A model generated the notes under the pieces. The model was not told where the DNA came from. It did not search any database and was given only the letters and a program-made list of their open reading frames with translations. A stretch of 64,000 nucleotides of DNA from Parcubacteria group bacterium (GTDB lineage Bacteria; Patescibacteriota; Patescibacteriia; UBA1558; GWA2-36-10): the NCBI GenBank assembly GCA_003104935.1, contig PQAE01000002.1, positions 67,527 through 131,526 on the forward strand. The letters are read 5' to 3'. Both the position numbers and the translations under genes were made by a program. Shown one piece after another: positions 7,494 to 17,310 of the stretch. Every line of letters starts with the position of its first letter. The stretch's first letter is position 1.

Positions 7494-8876
7494 CTATAAC
7501 TTTACCTGCACCGCATTTTGTCCCAGCTCGGTATCGCGGATTTCCACTCCCAACTCCGATAATTTATCCCGCAACTTATCGGATTGGGTCCAGTCTTTGG
7601 CTTGCCGGACTAATTTTCTTTGCTCTAATAATTCTTGAGCTCCGGGTGGTAGATTTAAGGCCCGCTCCCTGAGCTCCTTTAAGCCGAGACCTAAGACTTC
7701 ATCCATTTTTAACACCGCACATAATTTGGCATGCGTAGGATTTTCCGATTCAATGGTTTGTTGTAGTACTGCCAGTCCCTTAGCACTATTGATATCGTCA
7801 GCCATCTGCAGATAAAAATCCGCCTCTAGGTCCGGACAGCCCAAAGCCGGCTTATCAAAAAATGCAATTTCTTTTATTATATTGACCAATCCTCTTTGTG
7901 CGGCCTCCAAAGATTCCCAGGTAAAGTTTAAAGTCTTGCGATAATGATTTTGCAATACTAATAATCGGAAAGCCGCCGGTGAAAATCCTTTAGCTTTGAT
8001 ATCTTGTAATGTGATGCCGGTGCCGAGTGACTTTGACATCTTGCCACTGTCAACACGCATAAAGGCATTGTGTAGCCAGTAATTGGCTTGTCGCTTGCCG
8101 GTCACGGCTTGGGACTGGGCCATCTCATTAGGGTGGTGCACGGTCAGGTGGTCTAAGCCGCCGGTATGGATATCAAAAGTATCGCCGAGCGTCATCCGGC
8201 TCATCACCGAGCACTCCAGGTGCCAGCCCGGAAAGCCCTTGCCCCAGGGCGATTCCCACTCCATATCCCTTTTTTCATCCGCCGGAGAAAACTTCCACAC
8301 GGCAAAATCGCTGGGATGTTTTTTGTCCGGATTGACGTCCACCCGACTGCCAGCGCGCTGATCTACGTTTTTCAGATTGCCCAGCTGGCCGTAATTTTTT
8401 GCTTTGGAGGTATCAAAATACATGCCATCGGAAATCCGGTACAAATATCCCTTCTTATCCAAAACCTGGGCAAACTCAATCTGTTCTCTGATCGTATCGG
8501 TAGCGCGCAGATACTTAATCGACGGCAAAATATTTAGCTCATTCATGTTTTCAAAAAATACTGCACTGTATTTTTTGGCCAGATCCCAGGCTGATTCACC
8601 GGTTTTTTGGCTCGCCTTGACCAGTTTGTCCTGGCCGGCATCGGCATCCGAGGTCAGATGCCCCACATCCGTGATATTCATGACATGTTCCACCTGATAC
8701 TTTTGGGAAAGCAGATAACGCTTGAGTACATCCCAAATGATATAGGGCAACATATTCCCTAAGTGGGGATTATCATAGACCGTGGGACCACAGCTATAAA
8801 TACCGACCTTATCTTTAGAAATAGGCTTAAACTCCTCTTTTTTACGAGTCAGGCTGTTATACAAAAGTATGGTCAT
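7494..8876 (-). CDS. cysS: cysteinyl-tRNA synthetase
   Basis: 460 aa with the class I HLGN (HIGH-type) and KMSKS motifs and a CysRS-like overall sequence. Confidence 0.9.
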   Translation of the reverse strand: MTILLYNSLTRKKEEFKPISKDKVGIYSCGPTVYDNPHLGNMLPYIIWDVLKRYLLSQKYQVEHVMNITDVGHLTSDADAGQDKLVKASQKTGESAWDLAKKYSAVFFENMNELNILPSIKYLRATDTIREQIEFAQVLDKKGYLYRISDGMYFDTSKAKNYGQLGNLKNVDQRAGSRVDVNPDKKHPSDFAVWKFSPADEKRDMEWESPWGKGFPGWHLECSVMSRMTLGDTFDIHTGGLDHLTVHHPNEMAQSQAVTGKRQANYWLHNAFMRVDSGKMSKSLGTGITLQDIKAKGFSPAAFRLLVLQNHYRKTLNFTWESLEAAQRGLVNIIKEIAFFDKPALGCPDLEADFYLQMADDINSAKGLAVLQQTIESENPTHAKLCAVLKMDEVLGLGLKELRERALNLPPGAQELLEQRKLVRQAKDWTQSDKLRDKLSELGVEIRDTELGQNAVQVKL

Positions 8877-8969
8877 AGCTATTTTATTTTAACATATCAC
8901 AGACTTTTGTCTAATATAAAAACAATTCCTGATTTAGGAATTGTTTTTATATTTTTTATCCTGACTGAA

Positions 8970-10892
8970 TTAGTCGACCTGATTATCGCCGCCACTCGGA
9001 GTGCTGGTAGCATTGCCACTCACGATGATTGATTGATAGGCCCAATTATTATCTTCGTTGCTTTCCGCTAATTCATTGGCATTGTCAATCTTAATAGATA
9101 AATTCTTAGTGCCGGCAGTGGGCCAATATCCCATAAAAGAAATCTCAAAGGTCTGGCCAGGTAATAACGGACTGCCAGTAGTAATCGTAGGCAAAGATAA
9201 ATTGGTCTGTACAAAATCCCCAAAACCACGGTAATAATTTAGAATTCCCTTGGTATCCGACAAGACGGAATCCCCGCTATTTTTCCCTATAAATCTGACG
9301 ACTGTATTTGCCGTCGTGGTCGCCTGGGGTTGAGCAGGCTCACTGGACAGAGACAGGGCGCTGATATCAATATTATGAGTCGTGGGGCCTAAAACTAGGA
9401 TATCCATACTCATTTCGTTATTTTTTTCGTCCAATTCATCAATAAGACTACCCGGATCGGCCTGAATCGTAATTTTCTTCATTCCACCATTGCCAGTAAA
9501 CGATCCTTTTGCCCGAAAAATCACTGACTCATTCTGGTATAAGGGTCGAGTTTCCGATATTAGGCGGTCAGGAATAAAGTCTGTTTGCCAGACAAATCCG
9601 CTGGGTGTCGCGCTAGATTCTTTGAGAACTGGGCTCGCTTTCAGTGCTTTGCCTAAATTTTTTACGGTCGCGACGATGGTGATGGTGTCGCCGACACTAA
9701 CAGTTTTCGGGGGTAAAAGATATAAATTGTTAATAGTCAAATCCTCCTTAGTCGGTCCAGAACTATTTTTGTCACAGGTTAGGATGCGGTGTGTGTGGTC
9801 GTCAAATAAGGCCCAGACGCGACGAGTGGGGTTATTCCAATCGACATCATCCACGCCCGGTGTAAACCACGGCGACCAATGTCCAGCAAACCACTGAATT
9901 TGGTACTTTTGGATATCGCTATGTTGAGTCATGTCTAATCCTATATCAGTCCAGTGGGTAGTGCGGAAGGGTCCGCGAGTAACTTCTGTCGGATTTTCGC
10001 ACGGCAGTATTTGTGGCGGTTGTGGACCGATCGGAGTGCTGACCGAACACGCTCCCTGCTTATCGCCATGCGCTAGATGAGCCGCTAAAGCTCGGCTTGA
10101 GATCTCAATAGTGTGTTCAGACTCATTACTGGTTTGGGGCTTATGACACACCAGTACTTTCTGATTATCATTTACCGGATCAAACTGCGAAATATGTTTT
10201 TCTTCAATTTCCAAGTCATCCCCAGACTTATAAATAACCGGTATCTTTGACATCTGGACGACGATCTTTTTCTCCAGACCATTGATGCCATAGGCGCTCA
10301 CGTCCACTTTTCTTTTTTGCTGATTATCAATTAGATAGAAATTGCCGCTCTGCCCTTCTTCCACTAGAGTGCCGTCGGGCAATTTATCGCTACTGATGTT
10401 TTGGCCCCGAATATTATAGGCGCTGGCAAAAATACCCGGATCAATATCATCCACTTGCTTTGCCCAATCTTTACCAAAAAGCTCCGCCGCCGTAGTTTCA
10501 TCAGGAATATAAAATAATTCTCCGTCCTTTCCTACGGCATAGACTTTGGCGGTGTTTTGATTGGTTATTAACCTGGCCCCCGGTTGAAAAGTAACTGCCC
10601 CGCCCACGGGAATTTTATCAATTTCAGCTAAAGAGACTTCTTTAACCTGACTAAAATTATTGTACCAGGTGTTATAGGTTTTTTGGTCGGGAAAGACATA
10701 TTTTTTGCCGTCCGGCCCGACCTCATAAACCGGTGCTCCTTTAATCCCCTTGACTTTGAGCAAAGCGCCGTCTTCCACAACGGCGTTAGAGTTATTAACA
10801 GCCTGTGATCTGGCTGTAGTCATAAATATTCCCGCTACTGCCAAAAATACGGCCAAACCTCCAAATTTTAGTAAGTTTTTTGTTCTGAACAT
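8970..10892 (-). CDS. large secreted protein with C-terminal CARDB-like domains
   Basis: 640 aa with an N-terminal signal peptide. The C-terminal segments VSVGDTITIVATVKNLGKA and ...NANELAESNEDNNWAY match the CARDB pattern. Confidence 0.55.
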   Translation of the reverse strand: MFRTKNLLKFGGLAVFLAVAGIFMTTARSQAVNNSNAVVEDGALLKVKGIKGAPVYEVGPDGKKYVFPDQKTYNTWYNNFSQVKEVSLAEIDKIPVGGAVTFQPGARLITNQNTAKVYAVGKDGELFYIPDETTAAELFGKDWAKQVDDIDPGIFASAYNIRGQNISSDKLPDGTLVEEGQSGNFYLIDNQQKRKVDVSAYGINGLEKKIVVQMSKIPVIYKSGDDLEIEEKHISQFDPVNDNQKVLVCHKPQTSNESEHTIEISSRALAAHLAHGDKQGACSVSTPIGPQPPQILPCENPTEVTRGPFRTTHWTDIGLDMTQHSDIQKYQIQWFAGHWSPWFTPGVDDVDWNNPTRRVWALFDDHTHRILTCDKNSSGPTKEDLTINNLYLLPPKTVSVGDTITIVATVKNLGKALKASPVLKESSATPSGFVWQTDFIPDRLISETRPLYQNESVIFRAKGSFTGNGGMKKITIQADPGSLIDELDEKNNEMSMDILVLGPTTHNIDISALSLSSEPAQPQATTTANTVVRFIGKNSGDSVLSDTKGILNYYRGFGDFVQTNLSLPTITTGSPLLPGQTFEISFMGYWPTAGTKNLSIKIDNANELAESNEDNNWAYQSIIVSGNATSTPSGGDNQVD

Positions 10893-11004
10893 ATCAATTT
10901 GTTAATTAATAATTATATAAAAATCACAATATTAATATTTGCCATATTCGCGACAGTAGTTTCTTGAATTATTAATCATAGTGGAGACTTTTTGCTCTTG
11001 ATAT

Positions 11005-12009
11005 TTAATCAAATTCTCTGATCATTTCCACTAGCCGATTGGCATAGCCCCATTCATTGTCATACCAGGCAATGATCTTGACCAGATTGCCGCCGACTAC
11101 ATTGGTCAGACTTAAATCAACTATCGATGACCGCGCATCACCGATAAAATCCGAGGAAACGACCGCATCATTAGTCACACCCAAAATGCCTTTCATCGCC
11201 TGGGAATTACTGGCACTTATTAAGGCATTATTCACTTGCCGGACGGTTACTTTTTTCTTTAGTAAAAAAGTAAAATCAGCCAGGGAAACCACGGCCGTCG
11301 GCACGCGAAGCGATAGGCCGTCAAACAACCCCTGCAGTTCCGGAATCACCGCGCCCAGAGCAGACGCCGCGCCCGTGGTCGTAGGCACTATATTTTGGGC
11401 GGCACTGCGTCCGCGGCGGGCGTCTTTGTGCGGCGCATCGACCAGACGTTGATCGGCGGTATAGCTATGGATGGTGGTCATCATGGCCTTGTCCACGCCA
11501 AATTTATCTACCATTACTTTGGCTACCGGCGCAATACAGTTGGTTGTGCAGGAAGCATTGGAAATTACTTTGTCATTTTTTAGTTTTCTTTCGTTGACAC
11601 CCAGGAGGTAAGTAGCAATATCGCCGCCCTTGACCGGAGCGGATACAATCACGTGTTTAGCGCCGGCCTTAATATGCGCAGCGGCTTTATTGTCTTTGAC
11701 AAAGAGGCCGGTACACTCCAACACTACATCTATCCGCATCTTTTTCCAGGGTAATTTCAAGGGATCAGGCACGGCGGTCACGGCATATTTACGACCACTC
11801 ACCACGATGTTTGACCCGGCACTGCCGACTTTCTTATCATAGCGGCCATAGACCGTGTCATATTTCAATAAATAAGCCAGATTTTCCGCCGGGGCCAGAT
11901 CATTGATGGCCACTACCTGATAACGGGCCGGAGACTCCAGCATTATTTTAAAAGCCGACCGCCCGATACGACCAAAACCGTTGATAGCTACTCTCGTTTT
12001 TTTTGCCAT
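11005..12009 (-). CDS. gap: glyceraldehyde-3-phosphate dehydrogenase
   Basis: 334 aa with the INGFGRIGR NAD-binding motif and the SCTTNCIAP active-site Cys motif. Confidence 0.9.
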   Translation of the reverse strand: MAKKTRVAINGFGRIGRSAFKIMLESPARYQVVAINDLAPAENLAYLLKYDTVYGRYDKKVGSAGSNIVVSGRKYAVTAVPDPLKLPWKKMRIDVVLECTGLFVKDNKAAAHIKAGAKHVIVSAPVKGGDIATYLLGVNERKLKNDKVISNASCTTNCIAPVAKVMVDKFGVDKAMMTTIHSYTADQRLVDAPHKDARRGRSAAQNIVPTTTGAASALGAVIPELQGLFDGLSLRVPTAVVSLADFTFLLKKKVTVRQVNNALISASNSQAMKGILGVTNDAVVSSDFIGDARSSIVDLSLTNVVGGNLVKIIAWYDNEWGYANRLVEMIREFD

Positions 12010-12052
12010 ATTTTTTGATTTATTTGCAAGCTTATTATAGCAAAATATAGGA

Positions 12053-12604
12053 TTATTTCCTATCTTGGCTAATTTTATAAAAATACAAAGGCATTTTGTG
12101 GATGCGCAAGACTTTGTAGGGTTCCACGGTCGGCAGGGGAAAATTATAGCTGACTACCAGCAAGCCGTCTTTGGCTTCGGCTAAAAATTTTTTTTCCAGT
12201 TTCGCCATGCTATCGATATTGAGATAACAATAAATCAGGTCTGCTTGGCTCAAGTCTATTTTATAGAAATTTTTCTTGGTAATTTCTATTCTTTTGTTAA
12301 ATAAAGTAACCAGCTTAGCCAAAACATAAGGCACCAGCGAGTGTTCTACACCCATTGCTCTAGCCTGCGGAAACTTTTTGACTAGCCGGCGTAAAAAAGG
12401 CGCGTCGCCACTGCCTAATTCATAGGCCAATATCGACTCCTGCACCAGATCCAATTCAGCCACGGCCCGCCGGACCGCTTCCGGCTGGGACATGATATAG
12501 GGTGCCTGCCCTTTCAAGACTATGCTGAGAAAATGGAAAATAAAAGAAAGTAAAAAAATAACCAACGCCAGTAATAATGCTATGTTGATAATTAAAAAAA
12601 ACAT
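12053..12604 (-). CDS. class I SAM-dependent methyltransferase with an N-terminal TM helix
   Basis: Contains the motif I-like sequence YELGSGDAPF. The start is moved to the internal Met (MFFLIINIA) to avoid a 61-bp overlap with the upstream gene. Confidence 0.5.
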   Translation of the reverse strand: MFFLIINIALLLALVIFLLSFIFHFLSIVLKGQAPYIMSQPEAVRRAVAELDLVQESILAYELGSGDAPFLRRLVKKFPQARAMGVEHSLVPYVLAKLVTLFNKRIEITKKNFYKIDLSQADLIYCYLNIDSMAKLEKKFLAEAKDGLLVVSYNFPLPTVEPYKVLRIHKMPLYFYKISQDRK

Positions 12605-12609
12605 CGGGC

Positions 12610-13527
12610 TTATTTTTCTTTTTTTGAAGGGTGACAAGACTGGCATTCGCCATGACAATGCCCGTGACAAAGATTACCTTCCAAATAGGGATAACGTACG
12701 ATCACTCCGTCAATATCCAAATCCACCAGGTGATTGAGAGCGTGCACGGCCCGCACCCGGCCTTCCCCGGCCTTGGTGCGAATGATATCGCCTTCTTTGG
12801 GTAGATTGTCTAGATTATATTTATAATTTTCTTCTTCAAAACGCAGGCAACACTTTAGCCGGCCGCAGACGCCGGAGAGTCGGTCCGCCCCGCGATGCAT
12901 CAACTCCTGATCTTTGATAAAATCCGGGCTGACATTGCCGATAGCGGCCAGCCAAGAGTGGCAACAAAGAGGCAAACCGCAGGAGCCGACGTCGCCGGTG
13001 ATCTTGGCCGCGTCGCGCACCCCGATTTGCTGCAATCTTATTTTCTGTCGGTAATTTTTTGCCAGCTCCTTGACTAATTCCCGGAAATCAATGCGGCTAC
13101 TGGCGATAAAGTAAAACGTGAGGTGGTTGCCGTCCAGAGACTGATTAATATCAACCAGTTTCATATCCGACAAATTATATTTATCGACCAAAAACTTAAA
13201 TTCTTTTTTATAGTGCGGATATTTCTTGAGCTGAGCTTGACGCTGCGCCAAATCTTCTTTAGTGGCTTTTCGCAACATCGGCTTGACATCGGACAGTTTG
13301 CTCTGCTGACCCGACTCTTCGCTATTTTTTTTGGTTTTAACTGAAGGCGCCGTTTCCCGGGCCTGCCAATCGTCCCAGCCTGTGACCTGTCCCAAATCCT
13401 GACCCAATGTCGTCTCGACAATCACTCGATCCCCCACTTCCAAGCGACTGTCCGGCTTTTCGCTGAACTCCGGTAAAAAGAAATATTCTTTGTCCGCTTC
13501 GTGAAATTTAACTTTGACGACGCGCAT
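12610..13527 (-). CDS. PSP1 domain protein (RicT/YaaT-like)
   Basis: 305 aa. The N-terminus MRVVKVKFHEADKEYFF..VGDRVIVETTLG is typical of PSP1/YaaT. A C-terminal Cys cluster (CGLPLCC...CGRLKCC) and a Cys/His-rich tail are present. Confidence 0.7.
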   Translation of the reverse strand: MRVVKVKFHEADKEYFFLPEFSEKPDSRLEVGDRVIVETTLGQDLGQVTGWDDWQARETAPSVKTKKNSEESGQQSKLSDVKPMLRKATKEDLAQRQAQLKKYPHYKKEFKFLVDKYNLSDMKLVDINQSLDGNHLTFYFIASSRIDFRELVKELAKNYRQKIRLQQIGVRDAAKITGDVGSCGLPLCCHSWLAAIGNVSPDFIKDQELMHRGADRLSGVCGRLKCCLRFEEENYKYNLDNLPKEGDIIRTKAGEGRVRAVHALNHLVDLDIDGVIVRYPYLEGNLCHGHCHGECQSCHPSKKEK

Positions 13528-14230
13528 TGGATACTTGAGTGCCCAAATTTAGACCACGAACGGCTTTGGCCAGATTCGACGGACTATATTTAAAGACAGT
13601 TAAAGATAAATTATTTTTGGCGGCCATTTTAAAAGCACTGGCATCCATCACCTTTAAATGCTTCTTCATAGCCTGCTGATATGTCAGATTTTTATAAAAC
13701 TTAGCTTTTTTATTTTTCTGCGGATCGCTGGAATATACTCCGGCGACATTGGTAGCTTTAAAAATTTGCTGGGCGCCGATCTGCATCGCCCGCAAAACTA
13801 AGGCGGTGTCCGTGGTAAAGTGAGGTTTTCCCGTACCGCCGGAAAATATCAAAATATTCTTGTAGTCCAATAATTTCTTAGCGTGAGCGGCAGAATATGG
13901 TTCCCAAACGGATGTGCAACCAAAGGGCGACATCACTACGGCTCTTTGCCCTAACTTTTCCAAAACTCCTTTCAGAGCCAAGGCATTCATCATCGTAGCC
14001 AGCATACCCATAAAATCAGCGGTTACCGCAGCGATCTCCATATTTTTTATCATTCGGCCACGAAAAATATTGCCGCCACCGATAACAACTCCGATCTGAT
14101 AATCAGATTCGACTAGTTTTTTTAAAGCTTGCGCCAGAGCCTTTATCTGCTGAAAATCAAAATTAGTCTGGGTCCTGGCTTGGCCCATGACTTCTCCGGA
14201 AAATTTTATAACTATTCTTTTGTTAGGCAT
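13508..14230 (-). CDS. pyrH: UMP kinase
   Basis: 240 aa with RIVIKFSGEV and GGGNIFRG, characteristic of the amino-acid kinase family UMP kinase. Confidence 0.9.
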   Translation of the reverse strand: MPNKRIVIKFSGEVMGQARTQTNFDFQQIKALAQALKKLVESDYQIGVVIGGGNIFRGRMIKNMEIAAVTADFMGMLATMMNALALKGVLEKLGQRAVVMSPFGCTSVWEPYSAAHAKKLLDYKNILIFSGGTGKPHFTTDTALVLRAMQIGAQQIFKATNVAGVYSSDPQKNKKAKFYKNLTYQQAMKKHLKVMDASAFKMAAKNNLSLTVFKYSPSNLAKAVRGLNLGTQVSNARRQS

Positions 14231-14237
14231 GGATAAA

Positions 14238-14804
14238 CTAAACTTTTACCCGTCCCTTGGCGGACGGAAGAAAAATTTTTCCCCTTTTGTGTTTCAGACG
14301 GCTATGATACTCCAGTTTGGAACGCATACCGCTGATATAAAAATGCTGATTGGCAAAATCCCTGAGCAGGATGGAATAATTTATTCTGTTCGGTATGCCG
14401 ATCTTGAGCAACTTATTTTTTCGCTTCAAATATTTGGCCAAGGAATAAAAGTCGCCGTCACCGCTAATAATAATAGCTTTGTCATAATTATTATACTCAA
14501 TCATGCAGTGCAGGACTAACTCGGCATCGACATTGCCCTTAGTTTTCTCAACCGTACCCTGAGTATAGCTGACCGTCGGTTTGAACACTACTGTATAGCC
14601 AATATTTTGCAGATGCGCATAGAGCTCGTCCTGACCGCTCATCTGTCCGATAAAAATAAAAGCCTTACTGACTTTATATTCGTCGTGCAGATAGCGCTGT
14701 AATTTATAAAAATCGAGCTTCCAACCCAAATTTTTTATGGACAGGTGCAGGTTCTGGCTGTCGATAAAAGCATATACCACCTTTCTTCTGGAATTTCTCG
14801 GCAT
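14238..14804 (-). CDS. NYN-domain (LabA-like) predicted ribonuclease
   Basis: 188 aa with AFIDSQNL...DAELVLHCM...IIISGDGDF, matching the NYN/LabA PIN-like pattern. Confidence 0.7.
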   Translation of the reverse strand: MPRNSRRKVVYAFIDSQNLHLSIKNLGWKLDFYKLQRYLHDEYKVSKAFIFIGQMSGQDELYAHLQNIGYTVVFKPTVSYTQGTVEKTKGNVDAELVLHCMIEYNNYDKAIIISGDGDFYSLAKYLKRKNKLLKIGIPNRINYSILLRDFANQHFYISGMRSKLEYHSRLKHKRGKIFLPSAKGRVKV

Positions 14805-14862
14805 ATTTTTTATATATTAATGACCTTATTATGGCAAATAACGCTGATATTAGCAAGGTATT

Positions 14863-14891
14863 TTGACATTACACCAGTCCCGCGATATAAT
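14863..14891 (+). promoter_or_regulatory. consensus sigma70 promoter (TTGACA-17-TATAAT) driving candidate sRNA 1
   Basis: Exact TTGACA at 14863-14868 and TATAAT at 14886-14891. There is no + strand ORF downstream. Confidence 0.5.
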
Positions 14892-14897
14892 ATCGAT

Positions 14898-15046
14898 GAT
14901 AAAAGTTCTTCGACTCTGGTGGGCGTGCTTAGGGGCAGCACTGCTGCGGTTGCCCGCGCTCTTTAGCGCGAATCCTGCGGCCGTTAGCAAACGTCCACCA
15001 GACTTTTTCCCTGAAGCGGCTACTCTCGGAGTAGTCGCTTTTCTTA
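14898..15046 (+). ncRNA. candidate small RNA 1 (unclassified)
   Basis: The promoter above, an 11-bp closing helix (TCTGGTGGGCG/CGTCCACCAGA), internal hairpins, and an intrinsic terminator at 15015-15045 (AGCGGCTACTC/GAGTAGTCGCT + TTTTC). Confidence 0.4.
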
Positions 15047-15081
15047 TTGACCCCATTAGATGCCCGCGGGATTTAACAGGG

Positions 15082-15110
15082 TTGACACAAAATAAATATC
15101 GCTATAGTAT
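15082..15110 (+). promoter_or_regulatory. sigma70-like promoter (TTGACA-17-TAGTAT) with a conserved upstream 20-mer GGATTTAACAGGGTTGACA
   Basis: The 20-mer recurs almost identically at 15307-15327. Confidence 0.45.
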
Positions 15111-15116
15111 ATATCA

Positions 15117-15290
15117 ATTCAGTTCCTTCTTAATCAGGTGGGTGGCCAGCTACCGCTGTTTGCACAAACGAGCTTGAGAGGTTGCGTAATAGTACTTAAA
15201 TCGTAGCTTGCTTGCTCGACGCCTTTGGTGGCCCCACCCATCTGACCATTTCGAAAAGCGGCGACTACCCGGTCCCCGCTTTTTTCTTTT
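15117..15290 (+). ncRNA. candidate small RNA 2 (unclassified)
   Basis: A long closing helix (CAGGTGGGTGGCCA / TGGCCCCACCCATCTG), internal hairpins, and a terminator at 15254-15290 (AAAAGCGG...CCGCTTTTTTC). Confidence 0.4.
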
Positions 15291-15321
15291 CCCTGTGAAA
15301 TATCCATAGGATCTAACAGGG

Positions 15322-15350
15322 TTGACAAAAAAATAACCGGGCGATATTAT
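15322..15350 (+). promoter_or_regulatory. sigma70-like promoter (TTGACA-17-TATTAT), second copy of the GGATYTAACAGGGTTGACA element
   Basis: Duplicate of the promoter at 15082. Confidence 0.45.
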
Positions 15351-15356
15351 TTTTCT

Positions 15357-15526
15357 GTTATGGTTCTTAATGTTGGGCGGCAAGCTGCGGCTTGGTGAGA
15401 TGGTTGACTGAGGAGTCTCCATTTTTGGAGCGCAGGCATTCGCTCCAAAAACCTGGCCTGCGGCCTCTGCCGCCCATTTCTAAAGAAGCACCCTAGGATT
15501 TTCCCGGGGTGCTCTTCTTTTATTTA
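15357..15526 (+). ncRNA. candidate small RNA 3 (unclassified)
   Basis: Closing helix GGGCGGCA...TGCCGCCC, an internal hairpin TTTTTGGAGCG-loop-CGCTCCAAAAA, and a terminator at 15487-15526 (AGCACCC...GGGTGCT + CTTCTTTTATTT). The terminator may also serve the convergent tsf gene. Confidence 0.4.
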
Positions 15527-15536
15527 GATTTAAATT

Positions 15537-16310
15537 TTAGAGAGAATAATAGTAAAATTCTTTGATCTCGGCGCCGGATTCTTTTAGTAAGGTTTCGATG
15601 GTTTTTTTATCATCCTTGATATAAACCTGTTTAAGCAGGCAGACCTCGCTGTAAAATTTTTGCAACTTTCCAGGCAGAATTTTATCCCACATATTTTCCG
15701 GCTTACCTTCGTTCTTTAATTGCTCTCGGTAAATTTCCTGTTCCTTTGTAACGACATCTTGAGGAACATCTCCAGGCCCCAGATATTTGGGAGCGGCCGC
15801 GGCTATCTGCATAGCGATATCTTTGGCTAACTCCACCGAGCCTTTGGCCAGCACTGCTACACCGGCTACTTTTTTATTGGAATGCAAATAAGCGCCGATG
15901 ATATCACCGCTGATTAAATTAAACTTTCCCAAGCGCAGATTTTCGCCGATTTTAACAATCAGATCATTTTTGATCTGGTCGTTGGCCCAGGATTCAAAAT
16001 CACCCTGACCATCCGCCAATAATTTTTGAGCGAGGCTATCCACGGTAGCTATAAAATCTTCGTTGCGGGCCACAAAATCAGTTTCACAGGCCAGCTCTAC
16101 TACGGCCAATTTATCGGCACCGCGCGCTAAAGCAATCACGCCTTCTTTGACTTGGCGTTCGGATTTTTTGGCGGCAATTTTCGAGCCGGACTTGCGCAGT
16201 ATTTCTACAGCCTTGTCTTTGTCACCGCCGGCTTCGTCTAAAGCCTGCTTGACATCCACCATGCCCGCGCCGGTAATTTGCCGAATTTCTTTGATCAATT
16301 CTAAAGACAT
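15537..16310 (-). CDS. tsf: elongation factor Ts
   Basis: 257 aa with the EF-Ts N-terminal UBA-like region IKEIRQITGAGMVDVKQALDEAGGD. Confidence 0.9.
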   Translation of the reverse strand: MSLELIKEIRQITGAGMVDVKQALDEAGGDKDKAVEILRKSGSKIAAKKSERQVKEGVIALARGADKLAVVELACETDFVARNEDFIATVDSLAQKLLADGQGDFESWANDQIKNDLIVKIGENLRLGKFNLISGDIIGAYLHSNKKVAGVAVLAKGSVELAKDIAMQIAAAAPKYLGPGDVPQDVVTKEQEIYREQLKNEGKPENMWDKILPGKLQKFYSEVCLLKQVYIKDDKKTIETLLKESGAEIKEFYYYSL

Positions 16311-16338
16311 ATTTCTTGCACTTTATTTTATTTTTTAT

Positions 16339-17043
16339 TTAAGACTTGACAGTCGCCTGCTTGGCGGCATTGATACAGTCGGCGATCAGATTAACCATTA
16401 GATCGATGGATTTGATAGCATCATCATTGGCCGGAATGGGATAGTTGACCTGTTCCGGATTGACATTTGTATCTACCATAGCGATTACCGGCAAACCGAT
16501 TTTATTTGCCTCGCTAACCGAGGTCTTTTCTTTTTTGATATCAACCACAAAGATGGCTTGCGGCAAACGCTTCATCGTCTTGATGCCGCCCACAGTGTCA
16601 TTGAGCTTGGCCATTTCTTTTTTAAAAGTGACCTGTTCTTTTTTGGTATAAACTTCCCAGGCACCGTCAGCTTGGTCTTTTTCCAATTTTTCCAATTTTT
16701 TGGTCAGTTTGACGATATTTTCAAAATTGGTAAAAGTTCCGCCCAACCAACGTCCGATGATGTATGGCATACCGCATTTGTCGGCCGCCGCCTTGACGAT
16801 TACCTTGGCTTGTTTCTTTGAGCCGATAAATAAAATAACGCCTCCGGCCTTCACGATCTTTTCAATAAACTCCAGGGCTTGTTCCAGTCCTTGGATAGTC
16901 TTTTCTAAATCTATAATGTGAATACCGTTTTTTTCGGCGTAAATGTAAGATGAAGCTTTGGGGTAACGCTTGGCTGTCTGATGGCCAAAGTGTACGCCAT
17001 TCTTCATCAGCTCCTCTAAAGAGGGCAAATTAATGTTGCTCAT
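16339..17043 (-). CDS. rpsB: 30S ribosomal protein S2
   Basis: 234 aa with GVHFGHQTAKRYPK, IIDLEKT and an S2 C-terminus. Conserved rpsB-tsf operon order. Confidence 0.9.
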   Translation of the reverse strand: MSNINLPSLEELMKNGVHFGHQTAKRYPKASSYIYAEKNGIHIIDLEKTIQGLEQALEFIEKIVKAGGVILFIGSKKQAKVIVKAAADKCGMPYIIGRWLGGTFTNFENIVKLTKKLEKLEKDQADGAWEVYTKKEQVTFKKEMAKLNDTVGGIKTMKRLPQAIFVVDIKKEKTSVSEANKIGLPVIAMVDTNVNPEQVNYPIPANDDAIKSIDLMVNLIADCINAAKQATVKS

Positions 17044-17238
17044 ATTTTTCCTTTCTAACCACCGCAGAGTGGTAACCTGCGTCCTGGCCCCAGACCGCCC
17101 ACGTCAGATGCGGGAAGGATGGTTTAGGCCGAAAAGGGACGCTTGTGATTGATTAAAAATAGGTTATAAAACCTAAGTAGCAAGAGTATAGCAGAAAACT
17201 TTGAATAAATCAAGGCCTTTTCTAGCCTAGCAAATAGT

Positions 17239-17268
17239 ATCATTGACAAATAGCCATAAATACTATAT
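17239..17268 (+). promoter_or_regulatory. sigma70-like promoter (TTGACA-17-TATAAA) for the P-loop kinase gene
   Basis: Followed by the AAAAGGAG RBS and a TTG start at 17311. Confidence 0.4.
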
Positions 17269-17310
17269 AAATAGCTGTTCATTCGTACCCTGCCAAAAGG
17301 AGAAATTACC

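Noticed and set aside
14850-15530. Track ORFs 14850..15056(-), 14863..15177(+), 15134..15328(-), 15150..15422(-)
   Set aside because: They are embedded in the promoter/hairpin/terminator array. Their composition is driven by GC-rich stems, and they lack starts with RBS. Interpreted as non-coding.
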